This document shows, piece by piece, positions 47,936 to 62,383 of a stretch of DNA of 64,000 nt; the first letter of the stretch is position 1, and every line of letters begins with the position of its first letter. Source of the DNA: Anaeramoeba ignava BMAN (Eukaryota > Protista > Anaeramoebae); contig JAPDFW010000065.1 in assembly GCA_028826165.1 (NCBI GenBank), positions 186,001 through 250,000 on the forward strand, in the 5' to 3' direction. A model generated the notes under the pieces. It worked only from the letters and a program-made list of their open reading frames with translations, was not told the DNA's origin and ran no database searches. Made by a program: the position numbers and the translations under genes.

Positions 47936-49528
47936 ATGCAAAATCAAATTGAAATTAAAGAAAAAGAAATTGAAAAAGAAATTGAAGAAGAAAAATTAAA
48001 ATGTGCAAATTATCAATTAATTGGAAAAGAAAGCTTTATTCCAATTAATCAAAAAGATTTTCAAAAATTAAAAAAATCTGAATTAATTTCAACTCCATTT
48101 AAAACAAAAAAACTAACAAATGAAATTAATTTAATATTTGAAATGTTATTTGATGAAAGTAAATAAATAAATTCATTTTTAAATTTTAAAATTATAAAAT
48201 TAATTTAATAAAATAAATAAAAAGTTTTATTAATAATATTAAGTTATTTATCACCTGGTGAAATTATTTTATTTTCATTAACTTGTAAACAAGCTGAATA
48301 TATTTGTTCTGATTATTTTCTTTGGAAACAAATTGCAATTAAATTTCAAGATTATTTTAAATGGAATTTTGTTTTTTATGATTATTACGATGATTACTAC
48401 TATTATAATTATTATGATAATCCAAATATTCAATTAAAAGCAAATCAATTTAAAATTCAAGAAAAAAATCAAAATAATCCAAATCAAAAACAAATTAAAG
48501 AACTTTCTAAAACAAATAAAAAAATCAAAAATTATTTTGATAATTCAAATTCAACAACAATCCAAACAGGACTTTATGATTACAAAGCAAATTTCATTTC
48601 AATCAAAAGTGAAAGATTAATTTATATTCAAAATCTTCAAAATCCAAAACAAAAAATTGAAAAAAAAGCTAAAATGATTTATAAAGAAATAAAAAAAGCA
48701 AAAAAAGAAATTATTAAATATGAAAATCATCAAAAAAAATATCAAGTGAATTCTTTGAATTTTTCATATAATTCAAGAAAATATTTCTTAAATGATATTA
48801 TTGTCTCAATACTTGGAATTATCTTACTTTCAACATTTTTTATATTAAATTATTATATTGATTCAAAAAAATCAATATCAATTCCAAAATTATTTCTTTT
48901 ATCAGAAATTGATTTAATTATTACAATAATTTGGATAATTTATTTAAAACCAACTTTTTATACGCTTCAAGAATATTTCAATTTATTATATTTAACAATT
49001 TCTGGATTAATATTATTGATATTAATAAGTTTGAAAACAATATTCAATTTTATTCCATGGTTAATTGTTTTACTTCCTCCAATTATTTTATTTATTTATT
49101 TTCTTCCTCAACTAAATCAACAGATAAAAAGATATCCTTATGATTACAATATTTTGATCACATTAATTTCATCTTTAATTTATTTAATAATTGTTCTTTT
49201 CTTTATTGGATTTAAACTTGATGGATTTATTGAAATCAAATATTCAAAATTAACTTATTTATTGATTATTATTGAAATTGCTGTTATTTATGATATCAAA
49301 AAAGAAATATTAAATTGGAAAAAATTATTGGGAATTATTATTCTTTTTTTGATTTTTTTGATTATTTTTTTGATGATATTTCTTTATGCAGATGGAATTA
49401 TCAAAAAACTTTGGTTTTCTTTGCTTATAGCTTATCCTCTTTTGGTTTTTTTTGAACTTTTGTTTATTGTTATTTTCTTTACTTCAGGATTTAAATTAAT
49501 TCAGAAAATAATTAAAAATGAAAATTAA
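47936..49528 (+). CDS. F-box + TM protein, copy 4 (intact; intron 48159-48224)
   Basis: Spliced length 1527 nt, in frame. Confidence 0.8.
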
Positions 49529-49573
49529 AAATTCATTTTTTTCATTTTTTTCATTTTTTATAAATAAAATAAA

Positions 49574-51127
49574 ATGCAAAATCAAATTGAAATTGAAGAA
49601 AAAGAAATTGAAAAAGAAATTGAAGAAGAAAAATTAAAATGTGCAAATTATCAAATAATTAGAAAAGAAAGTTATATTCCAATTTATCAAAAAGATTTTC
49701 AAAAATTAAAAAAATCTGAATTAATTAAAACTTCATTTAAAACAAAAAAACCAACAAATGAAATTAATTTAATATTTGAAATGTTATTTGATGAAAGTAA
49801 ATAAATAAATTCATTTTCTATTTAAATTATAAAATTAATTTTAATAAATTAAAAATAAAATAAAGTTTTATTAATAATATTAAGTTATTTATCACCTGGT
49901 GAAATTATTATATTTTCATTAACTTGTAAACAAGCTGAATATATTTGTTCTGATTATTTTCTTTGGAAACAAATTGCAATTAAATTTCAAGATTATTTTA
50001 AATGGGATTCTGTTTATTATTATTCTTATTATAATTATCCAAATATTGAATTAAAAGCAATTCAATTTAAAATTCAAGAAAAAAATCAAAATAATCCAAA
50101 ACAAAAACAAATTAAAGAACTTTCTAAAACAAATGAAAAAATCAAAAATTATTTTGATAATTCAAATTCAACAATAATAAAAACAGGAACTTATAATTAT
50201 AAACCAAATTTCATTTCAATCAAAAGTGAAAGATTAATTTATATTCAAAATCTTCAAAATCCAAAACAAGAAATTGAAAAAAAAGCTAAAATGATTTTTA
50301 AAAAATTGAAAAAAGCAAAAGAAGAATTTAATTATTCAAAAACAATCAACTTATATAAATATGATTCAAGAAAATATTTCTTAAATGATGTTATTTATAC
50401 AATGAATCGGATTATTTTAATTTCAACATTAATTATATTAAATTATTATATTGATTCAAAAAAATCAATATCAATTCCAAAATTATTTCTTTTATCAGAA
50501 TTTGATTTAATTATTACAATAATTTGGGTTATTTATTCAAAACATAATTTTTCTTACAAAGAAGATTATTCCTTGTTTCTAAGAATTTTAATTACAGGAC
50601 TTACATTATTGATATTAATAAGTTTGAGAACACTATTCAATTTTATTCCATGGTTAATTGTTTTACTTCCTCCAATTATTTTCTTGATTTCTTTAATTCC
50701 TGATATTTTTGAAGAAATTGAAAAATATTATCATGAAAAAAACTTCATGATAATTTTCTTTACTCATACAGTATTTTTGATGATTGTTATTTTATTTATT
50801 GGATTGAAATTTGATGGATTTATTGAAATCAAATATTCAAAATTGTTGTACTTAATGATAATTGATATAATTTTAGTTTTAATTAGGAACATTAAAGAAT
50901 TTTTTCCTTTTAGTGATTATTTTTATGATAATTTTGGTGAATTTATTGGTTTTTTCTTGATATCATTTTATCCTCTTTTGATCTTATCATTATTATTTCT
51001 TTATGGAGATGGAATTATCAAAAAACTTTGGATTTCTTTAATTCCAACTTATATTTTTTTATTAAGTGTTTTGATTTTCTCTTTTATTAATTTTTTCAAA
51101 TCAGGATTTAAATTAATTTTTAAATAA
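49574..51127 (+). CDS. F-box + TM protein, copy 5 (intact; intron 49797-49865)
   Basis: Spliced length 1485 nt, in frame. Confidence 0.8.
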
Positions 51128-51202
51128 AAATTTTTTTTCATTTTTTTCTTTTCTTTTCTTTTTTTTTCTTTTATCTTTTTTTAAAAAAAAAAAGTTCTTA
51201 AA

Positions 51203-52800
51203 ATGAAAAATCATTTTGAAATTAATGAAGATGAAATTAAACAAATTGAATTTAAAGATAAAATTGAAAAAGAAATTAAAGAAGAACAATTAAAAAGTGC
51301 AAATTATCAATTATTTGGGAAAGAAAGTTATGTTCCAATTAAATATGAACATTTAGAAAGATTAAAAAAATCTGAATTAATTTCAACTCCAATTAAAACA
51401 AGAAAACCATCAAATGAAATTAATTTAATATTTGAAATGTTATTTGATGAAAGTAAATAAATAAATTCATTTTTTAAATTTAAAATTATAAAATTAATTT
51501 TAATAAATAAAATAAAAAGTTTTATTAATAATATTAAGTTATTTATCACCTGGTGAAATTATTATGTTTTCATTAACTTGTAAACAAGCTCAAATAATTT
51601 GTTCTGATAATTTTCTTTGGAAACAAATTGCAATTAAATTTTCAAGATTATTTTAAATGGAATTTTGTTTTTTTTCATTTAAGACAAACATTTAGTGTTG
51701 ATATTTCAACTTTTTCAACTTTTGAATTAAACGGTGTTCAATTTAAAATTCAAGAAAAAAATCAAAATAATCCAAAACAAAAACAAATTGAAGAACTTTC
51801 CAAAACAAATAAAAAAATCAAAAATTATTTTGATAATTCAAATTCAACAACAATCAAAACAGGAAATTATATTTATCAAGCAAATCCCATTTCAATCAAA
51901 AGTGAAAGAATAATTTATATTCAAAATCTTAAAAATCCAAAACAAAAAATTGAAAAAAAAGCTAAAATGATTTATAAAGAATATAAAGATATAAAAGAAA
52001 AAATTAGAGTCTCACAAAAATATGAAACTTATCCACCAAAAACCCAAAAAAGATATTTAATAGGAGAATTGATTTTCTTATCGAATTTCTTGATTTTTGT
52101 GATATCGTTTGTGATTTTGAATTATTATATTGATTCAAAAAAAGAAATACCAATTTTCAAATTATTTCTTTTGGAAGAAATTAGTTTAATTTTTGGAATA
52201 TTTGCGATTATTGATGGAAAATCAACTTTTTTTTCATCTCAAGAATATTTCAATTTCATAAGATTTGAAATTTATCTATTGATATCAATGATATTAATAA
52301 GCTTGAAAATAACAGGAAAAATTGGTTTTATTCCTTGGGTTATTGTTTTACTTTTTCCAGTTCTTTTATTAATCTCTTACTATTCTCAAGTTTTGGATTT
52401 TTCAAAGAAGAAAATTCATGAAAAAACCATTTTCATTTCAGCATCTTTTAGGTTTGATTTACATTATAATTATCATTTTATTTACTGGATTGAAACTTGA
52501 TGGATTGATCCCAATCAAATATTTTAATTTGAATTACTTCTTGATTTTTCTTTTTATTCACTTGATTGCAAACAAAAATGAATTTTTGACTAAAGATGAT
52601 TTTGGAGGCGTAACTTTTTATTATTTCCTTTTTGGATTGATTTTCATGTTGTTATTTTTTTACGCAGATGGAAGCATTAAAACTTTATGGAGAGCTTTAA
52701 TTCCCTTTATTTAATTCTCTTTTTATTTTTTATTATAGCATTTATTGCTTTTATTCGTTCTTCATTTAAATTGATTAAGAAAATAATTACAAATCAATAA
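51203..52800 (+). CDS. F-box + TM protein, copy 6 (most divergent; several 1-nt frameshifts)
   Basis: Longer N-terminus (MKNHFEINEDEIK...), same intron and F-box, divergent TM domain; frameshifts ~51640, ~52450 and ~52710. Confidence 0.7.
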
Positions 52801-52857
52801 ATTCCAAAAAAAAATTCATTTTTCATTTTTTTTCATTTTTTTTTAAATTAAAATAAA

Positions 52858-54476
52858 ATGCAAAATCAAATTGAAATTGAAGAAAAAGAAATTGAAAAAG
52901 AAATTAAAGAAGAAAAATTAAAAAGTGAAAATTATAGAATAATTAGAAATCAAAGCTTTATTCCAATTTATAAAAAAGATTTAGAAAAATTAAAAAAATC
53001 TGAATTTAATTATTGAAACTCCATTTAAAACAAAAAAACCATCAAATGAAATTAATTTAATATTTGAAATGTTATTTGATGAAAGTAAATAAATTCATTT
53101 TAAATTTAAAATTATAAAATTAATTAAATAAAATAAAATAAAAAGTTTTATTAATAATATTAAGTTATTTATCACCTGGTGAAATTATTATGTTTTCTTT
53201 GACTTGTAAACAAGCTCAATATATTTGTTCTGATTATTTACTTTGGAAACAAATTGCAATTAAATTTCAAGATTATTTTAAATGGAATTCTTTTTATTTT
53301 GATTATTATTCTTCAACTATTAAATTAAAAGCAATTCAATTTAAAATTCAAAAAAAAAATCAAAATAATCCAAAACAAAAACAAATTAAAGAACTTTCTA
53401 AAACAAATGAAAAAATCAAAAATTATTTTGATAATTCAAATTCAACAATAATCCAAATTGGACCTTATTCTTATGATTATAAAGCAAATTTCATTTCAAT
53501 TAAAAGTGAAAGAATAATTTATATTCAAAATATTAAAAATCCAAAACAAGAAATTGAAAAAAAAGGGAAAATGATTTTTGAACGTTTTAGAAAAGCAAAA
53601 CAAAGAAAAATTGCCAAAGAAAGATATCAAAAAAAATATTACAATCCAAATTATGATATAAAGACTTTTGGCACTGGAAGACGTTGTTTTTTTGGATCAA
53701 GAATTGATTTTTTAACTCAATTTGTTTATACAATGAATGGAATGATTTTATCTACAACACTTATTATATTGAATATTTACATTGATTCAAAAAAAGAAAT
53801 ACCAATTTTCAAATTATTTCTTTTGGGGGAAATTAGTTTAATTTTTGGAATATTTTGGGTTTTGCATTCAAAATCAAGTTTCTATTCACTTCAAGATTAT
53901 TACAATTTATTAAGAAGTGGTATTACTGGATTGATATTTATGATAATAATAAGTTTGAAAACAACAAAGACATTCAGTTTTATTCCATGGTTAATTATCT
54001 TACTTCCTCCAATTATTTTGTTAAGTTCTTTCCTTTATCAATTTATTGAATTCACAAAACAATATCCATTACGAAGAGATTACTTCATTTTATTAAGTTT
54101 TATGAATGCTTATTTGATCACTGCTCTTTTATTTACTGGATTCAAACTTGATGGATTTATCCAAATCAAATATTCAAAATTGATTTATTTATTCTTTCTT
54201 TTTATTATAGCCTTCTTTGCTAAATTCACAAAACAGATTTTTACTCAAGATTTTTATTTTATTTCTTTTTTCTTTATTGGTTTTTTCATCATTATTTTAT
54301 CAATTCTATTTTTCTATGGAGATGGTCTTGTAGATAGACTATATTTTGCTTTAGTTCCAATTTATACAATTTTATTTATTCCCTATTTAAATTTAGTTTT
54401 GATGGGAATTTTTTTGATTATTTCTTCAGGATTTGAATTTTTTAAATTAATTTTCAAATTTAATAATGAAAATTAA
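52858..54476 (+). CDS. F-box + TM protein, copy 7 (frameshift in exon 1 ~53005)
   Basis: ATG at 52858; exon 2 open through 54476 (428-aa ORF). Confidence 0.72.
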
Positions 54477-54511
54477 AAATTCATTTTTTTTCATAAATAA
54501 AATAAAATAAA

Positions 54512-56070
54512 ATGCAAAATCAAATTGAAATTAAAGAAAAAGAAATTGAAAAAGAAATTGAAGAAGAAAAATTAAAATGTGCAAATTATAAATTAATTGG
54601 AAAAGAAAGTTATATTCCAATTAATCAAAAAGATTTTCAAAAATTAAAAAAATCTGAATTAATTTCAACTCCATTTAAAACAAAAAAACCATTAAATGAA
54701 ATTAATTTAATATTTGAAATGTTATTTAATGAAAGTAAATAAATAAATTCATTTTTTATTTAAATTTAAATTATAATTTTAATAAATAAAATAAAAAAAG
54801 TTTTATTAATAATATTAAGTTATTTATCACCTGGTGAAATTATTATATTTTCATTAACTTGTAAACAAGCTCAAATGATTTGTTCTGATTATTTACTTTG
54901 GAAACAAATTGCAATTAAATTTCAAGATTATTTTAAATGGGATTCTTTTTTTTACGATTATAATTATTATAATTATCCAAATATTGAATTAAAAGCAATT
55001 CAATTTAAAATTCAAGAAAAAAATCAAAATAATCCAAATCAAAAACAAATTAAAGAACTTTCCAAAACAAATGAAAAAATCAAAAATTATTTTGATAATT
55101 CAAATTCAACAACACAAATGGGAATTTATAATTATAAACAAAATTTCATTTCAATTAAAAGTGAAAGATTAATTTATATTCAAAATCTCCAAAATCCAAA
55201 ACAAAAAATTGAAAAAAAAGCTAAAATGATTTATAAAGAAATGAAAAAGCAAAACAACAATATATTTATTCTCAAAAAAGTAAAATCAATCACAATTATT
55301 CTCACTATCAATATGGTTCAAGAAAATATTTATTAAATGAAATTATCTTAGGAATGAATGGAATTGTTTTGATTTCAACATTAATTATATTAAATATTTA
55401 TATTGATTTAAAAAAATCAATATCAATTCCAAAATTATTTCTTTTATCAGAACTTGATTTAATAATTACAATATTTTGGATAATTTATTCAAAATTGAAT
55501 TTTTATTCATTTCAAGAATATTATCTTTTATTAAATTTAATAATTACTGGATTAATATTAATGATATTAATAAGTTTGAAAACAATATTCATATTCAATT
55601 TTATTCCATGGTTAATTATTTTAATTCCTCCAATTATTTTCTTAATATATCTCATTTCTTACATTTATCAACTTATTCAACAGATAGCAGGATATTCAAA
55701 AGACGAGATAGTTTATTTAATGTTTATTTTAGGTTTAATTTATTTAATAATTGTTCTTTTATTTACTGGATTGAAACTTGATGAATTTATTGAAATTAAA
55801 TATTCAAAATTGATTTATTTATTGATTATTTTTGAAATTTATATTCTTTATCATATGAAAAAAGAAATTGGAACTTTTTGTCAATTTATTGGAATGTTGC
55901 TTTTTTTTGTTGTTATTTTGATTATTTTATTGAGGATATTTCTTTATGGAGATGGAATTATCCAAAAACTTTTTCGTGCTTTATTTTTGATTTATACCAT
56001 TTTATTTATTCCTTTTTTGTTATCTTTTGCTATTTTCTTTTCATCAGGATTTAAATTGATTTTCAATTAA
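54512..56070 (+). CDS. F-box + TM protein, copy 8 (frameshift in A-run ~55245)
   Basis: ORFs 54512, 54875 and 55354 join into one gene. Confidence 0.72.
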
Positions 56071-56171
56071 AAATGATGATCAAGATGATGGTTATTATGT
56101 TTATTAAAAAATGTAATGCAAAAAAAAATAATTTTTCATTTCATTTTTTTTCATAAATAAAATAAAATAAA

Positions 56172-57726
56172 ATGCAAAATCAAATTGAAATTGAAGAAAA
56201 AGAAATTGAAAAAGAAATTGAAGAAGAAAAATTAAAATGTGCAAATTATAAATTAATCAGGAAAGAAAGCTTTATTCCAATTAATCAAAAAGATTTTCAA
56301 AAATTAAAAAAATCTGAATTAATTTCAACTCCATTTAAAACAAAAAAACCAACAAATGAAATTAATTTAATATTTGAAATGTTATTTAATGAAAGTAAAT
56401 AAATAAATTCATTTTTTATTTAAAATTTAAAATTAATTTAATAAAATAAATAAAAAAAGTTTTATTAATAATATTAAGTTATTTATCACCTGGTGAAATT
56501 ATTATATTTTCATTAACTTGTAAACAAGCTCAAATAATTTGTTCTGATTATTTACTTTGGAAACAAATTGCAATTAAATTTCAAGATTATTTTAAATGGA
56601 ATTCTGTTTTTTTTGATTATTCTTATTATAATTATCCAAATATTGAATTAAAAGCAATTCAATTCAAAATTCAAGAAAAAAATCGAAATAATCCAAATCA
56701 AAAACAAATTAAAGAACTTTCTAAAACAAATGAAAAAACCAAAAATTATTTTGATAATTCAAAACAACAACAATCAAAACAGGAACTTATAATTATCAAC
56801 CAAATTTCATTTCAATCAAAAGTGAAAGATTAATTTATATTCAAAATCTTCAAAATCCAAAACAAAAAATTGAAAAAAAAGCTAAAATGATTTATAAAGA
56901 AATGAAAAAAGCAAAAAAAGGATTTATTCGATATCAAAAACAACAAAATCTCAATTACAATTATTCTCACTATCAATATGATTCAAAAAAATATTTATTA
57001 AATGAAGTTATCTTAGGAATGAATGGAATTATTTTGATTTCAACATTAATTATATTAAATATTTATATTGATTCAAAAAAATCAATATCAATTCCAAAAT
57101 TATTTCTTTTATCAGAACTTGATTTAATAATTACAATATTTTGGATAATTTATTCAAAATTCACTTTTTATTCATTTCAAGATTATCATAATTATTTAGA
57201 TATAGCAATTACTGGATTTATATTTATGATATTAATAAGTTTGAAAACTTTATTCAATTTTATTCCATGGTTAATTATTTTAATTCCTCCAATTATTTTA
57301 TTCATTTCTTTAATTCCTCAAATTATGGAACAAATGAAAAGATATTCTGATGATAAACCAATTTTTTCATCATTCATTTCAGGTTTAATTTATTTAATAA
57401 TTATTCTTTTCTTTATTGGATTAAAACTTGATGGATTTATTCAAATCAAATATTCAAAATTAATTTATTTATTGATTATTTTTGAAATTTATATTCTTTA
57501 TTCTAAAAAAAATGAGTTTCAAAATCAAGATGATTTTATCGGTTCTTTGATTTTATTTGTTTCTGTTTCGATTATTATTTTGATTTTATTTCTTTATGGA
57601 GATGGAATTATCAAAAAACTTTGGATTTCTTTAATTCCAATTTATATTATTTTGACTTTGATTTTTTTTTTTTTTCTTTTATTATTTTCTTTTTCTTTCA
57701 TTTAATTTAATTTTATTTTCAATTAA
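56172..57726 (+). CDS. F-box + TM protein, copy 9 (frameshifts ~56765 and at 3' end)
   Basis: Same two-exon structure. Confidence 0.7.
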
Positions 57727-57780
57727 AAATCATTTTAAAATTTTTCATTTTTCATTTTTCATTTTTTTAAATAAAATAAA

Positions 57781-59320
57781 ATGCAAAATCAAATTGAAAT
57801 TGAAGAAAAAGAAATTGAAAAAGAAATTGAAGAAGAAAAATTAAAATGTGCAAATTATAAATTAATTGGAAAAGAAAGCTTTATTCCAATTAATCAAAAA
57901 GATTTTCAAAAATTAAAAAAATCAGAATTAATTTCAACTCCATTTAAAACAAGAAAACCATCAAATGAAATTAATTTAATATTTGAAATGTTATTTGATG
58001 AAAGTAAATAAATAAATTCATTTTATATTTAAATTTAAAATTAATTTAATAAATAAAATAAAAAGTTTTATTAATAATATTAAGTTATTTATCACCTGGT
58101 GAAATTATTTTATTCTCATTAACTTGTAAACAAGCTCAAATGATTTGTTCTGATTATTTTCTTTGGAAACAAATTGCAATTAAATTTCAAGATTATTTTA
58201 AATGGGATTTTGTTTTTTTTGATTATTATTACTATAACTATCCAAATATTGAATTAAAAGGAATTCAATTCAAAATTCAAGAAAAAAATCAAAATAATCC
58301 AAATCAAAAACAAATTGAAGAACTTTCCAAAACAAATGAAAAAATCAAAAATTATTTTAATAATTCAAAAACAACAACAATCAAAACAGGAACTTATCAT
58401 TATCAACCAAATTTCATTTCAATCAAAAGTGAAAGAATAATTTATATTCAAAATCTTCAAAATCCAAAACAAAAAATTGAAAACAAAGCTAAAATGATTT
58501 ATAAAGAATTGAAAAAAGCAAAACAAAAATACATGAGAACACAAAAAAATGATCAATCCAATCTTTTATCCAATAAATACGCTCATGGCTCAACAAAATA
58601 TTTGATATCTGAAGTGATTTTAGTAATGAATGTGGTTATTTTGATTACAACATTAATTATATTAAATATTTATATTGATTCAAAAAAATCAATATCAATT
58701 CCAAAATTATTTCTTTTATCAAAAATTGATTTAATAATTACAATAATTTGGATAATTTATTCAAAATCAACTTTTAGTTCTGAAAAGAAATATTACAATT
58801 TATTACTTATTCCAGTTTCTTTATTTATATTTATGATATTAATAAGCTTGAAAACAAGATTCAATTTTATTCCATGGTTAATTGTTTTACTTCCTTTGAT
58901 TGTTTTATTCATTTCTTTAATTTCTCAATTAAATCGTGCTTTAAAAAATTATTCAATGAGTAGGCCATTACAAATGTTTTTAATTTATATTTTTGGATAT
59001 TTTGTAATTGTTCTTTTCTTTATTGGATTGAAACTTGATGGATTTATTCAAATCAAATATTCAAAATTGATTTATTTATTTATTTTTGATTTAATAATTT
59101 TCTTTATCAATTCTTCAAAAGAATTCTCTTTTTATGAAAATTTAAGAATGTTTTTAGTTGTAAGTTTTGTTTTGATTCTTCAATTATTAATGTTATTTCT
59201 TTATGGAGATGGAATTATCAAAAACTTGGAAGTGGATTTGTTTATTTTGTATTTATAATTCTATTTTTCCATTATTTTTTATTTCGATTTTTGTTTATTT
59301 TCAGGATTTGATTTTAATTA
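57781..59320 (+). CDS. F-box + TM protein, copy 10 (frameshift near 3' end ~59225)
   Basis: Intron 58004-58065; open through most of the TM domain. Confidence 0.72.
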
Positions 59321-59382
59321 AAAATTAGAAGTAAAAATTAAATTTTTTTTTTCATTTTTTTCATTTTTATAAATTAAATAAA

Positions 59383-60798
59383 ATGCAAAATCAAATTGAA
59401 ATTAATGAAAAAGAAATTGAAAAAGAAATTGAAGAAGAAAAATTAAAATGTGCAAATTATAAATTAATTGGGAACGAAAGTTATATTCCAATTAATCAAA
59501 AAGATTTTCAAAAATTAAAAAAATCAAATTTAATTTCAACTCCAATTAAAACAAGAAAACCAACAAATGAAATTAATTTAATATTTGAAATGTTATTTGA
59601 TGAAAGTAAATATAAAATTTTACTATCAATTTTAAATTGAAATTAATTTAAAAAATTTATAAAAAGTTTTATTAATAATATTAAGTTATTTATCACCTGG
59701 AGAAATTATTTTATTTTCTTTAACTTGTAAACAAGCTCAATATATTTGTTCTGATTATCTTCTTTGGAAACAAATTGCAATTAAATTTCAAGATTATTTT
59801 AAATGGAATTCTGTTTTTTTTGATTATTCTTATTATAATTACTCAAATATTGAATTAAAAGGAATTCAATTTAAAATTCAAGAAAAAAATCAAAATGATC
59901 CAAAACAAAAACAAATTAAAGAACTTTCTAAAACAAATGAAAAAATCAAAAATTATTTTGATAATTCAAAACAATTAAAACAGGAACTTATTCTTATCAA
60001 CAAAATTTCATTTCAATCAAAAGTGAAAGAATAATTTATATTCAAAATCTTAAAAATCCAAAACAAGAAATTGAAAAAAGGAAAATGATTTTAAAGAAAT
60101 GAAAAGCAAAAAGAAATTAAATGAAAAACAAAAAACAAAAACAATTCTTATCAATGAATGGAATTATTTTGATTACAACATTAATTATATTGAATTATTT
60201 ATATTGATTTAAAAAAATCAATATCAATTCCAAAATTATTTCTTTTATCAGAAATTGATTTAATAATTACAATATTTTGGATAATTTATTCAAAATTAAC
60301 TTTTTATTCATTTCAAATATATTTCAATTTGATTACTGGATTGATATTTATGATAATGATAAGTTTGAAAACTTTATTCAATTTTATTCCTTGGTTAATT
60401 GTTTTACTTCCTTTAATTATTTTATTCATTTATTTCATTTATCAAATTAATTTTTTTTCACCATTTATTTCATCTTTTTAATTTTTTAATATTTGTTCTT
60501 TTATTTACTGGATTGAAACTTGATGGATTGATTCAAATCAAATATTCAAAATTGATTTATTTATTGATTATTTTTGAAATTTATATTCTTTATTCTAACA
60601 AAAATGATATTCAAATTTTTGGTGATTTTATTGGTTCTTTGATTTTCTTGGTTATTATTTTAATTATTATTTTGATTTTATTTCTTTATGGAGATGGAAT
60701 TATCAAAAAACTTTGGATTTCTTTTGATTCCAATTTATATTATTTTATTTATTCCTTATTTTTTTTTTCTCATTTCAGGATTTAAATTTATTCAATAA
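59383..60798 (+). pseudogene. F-box + TM protein, copy 11 (internal deletions and multiple frameshifts; pseudogene or collapsed consensus)
   Basis: About 150-200 nt shorter than the others; variable segments deleted at ~60120-60150, ~60320 and ~60450. Confidence 0.55.
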
Positions 60799-60845
60799 AA
60801 AATTAAAATTTTTCATTTTTCATTTTTCATTTTTTATGTTTAAAA

Positions 60846-62333
60846 ATGCAAAATCAAATTGAAATTGAAGAAAAAGAAATTGAAAAAGAAATTGAAGAAG
60901 AAAAATTAAAATGTGCAAATTATAAAATAATTAGAAATGAAAGTTATATTCCAATTAACAAAAAGATTTAGAAAAATTGAAAAAATCAAATTTAATTTTC
61001 AACACCATTTAAAACAAAAAAACCATCAAATGAAATTAATTTAATATTTGAAATGTTATTTGATGAAAGTAAATATAAAATTTTATTTTTCAATTTTAAA
61101 TTGAAATTAATTTAAAAAATTTATAAATAGTTTTATTAATAATATTAAGTTATTTATCACCTGGAGAAATTATTTTATTTTCTTTAACTTGTAAACAAGC
61201 TCGAATATATTTGTTCTGATTATCTTCTTTGGAAACAAATTGCAATTAAATTTCAAGATTATTTTAGATGGAATTCTGTTTTTGATTATTATTCTTATCA
61301 TAATTATCCAAATATTGATTTAAAAGGAATTCAATTTAAAATTCAAGAAAAAAATCAAAATAATCCAAAACAAAAACAAATTAAAGAACTTTCTAAAACA
61401 AATGAAAAAATCAAAAATTATTTTGATAATTCAAATTCAACAACAATTAAAACAGGAACTTATAATTATCAACCAAATTTCATTTCAATCAAAAGTGAAA
61501 GAATAATTTATATTGAAAATCTTGAAAATCCAAAACAAGAAATTGAAAAAAAAGGGAAAATGATTTTTAAAGAATTAAAAAAGCAAAAGAAAAATTTATT
61601 TATATCAAAAAAAAGAATCAAAATCCCAATTACAATGGAATTATTTTGATTACAACATTAATTATATTTAATTATTATATTGATTCAAAAAAATCAATAT
61701 CAATTCCCAAATTATTTCTTTTATCAGAAATTGATTTAATAATTACAATATTTTGGATTATTTATTCAAAATTAACTTTTTATTCCTTTCAAGATTATTC
61801 TATCTTTTTAAGTTTAACAATTAATGGATTGATATTTATAATAATGATAAGCTTGAAAACATGATTCAATTTTATTCCTTGGTTAATTATTTTACTTCCT
61901 CCAATTATTTTATTCATTTATTTCATTTATCAATTTATCAAACAAATGAAAAAAAATATTTTATGATAAAATCATTTTTTCATCATTTATTTCAGGTTTA
62001 ATTTACTTAATGATTGTTCTTTTCTTTATTGGATTGAAACTTGATGGGTTTATTCAAATCAAATATTCAAAATTAATTTATTTATTGATTATTTTTGAAA
62101 TTTATATTCTTTATCATATTTGGAAAGAAATTCGAATTTTTGTTGATTTTATTGTTTTTTTGGTTTTATTGGTTATTATTTTAATTGTTTTTTTGATTTT
62201 ATTTCTTTATGGAGATGGAATTATCAAAAAACTTTGGATTTCTTTAATTCCAATTTATATTCTTTTAGCTTATCCATTATTTTTCTCATTTGCTATTTTC
62301 TTTTCATCAGGATTTAAATTTATTTTCAATTAA
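60846..62333 (+). pseudogene. F-box + TM protein, copy 12 (multiple frameshifts)
   Basis: ATG at 60846; homologous throughout but broken into several short ORFs. Confidence 0.55.
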
Positions 62334-62383
62334 AAAATCATTTTTCATTTTTCATTTTTCATTTTATATTTTTTAATTTTTTT

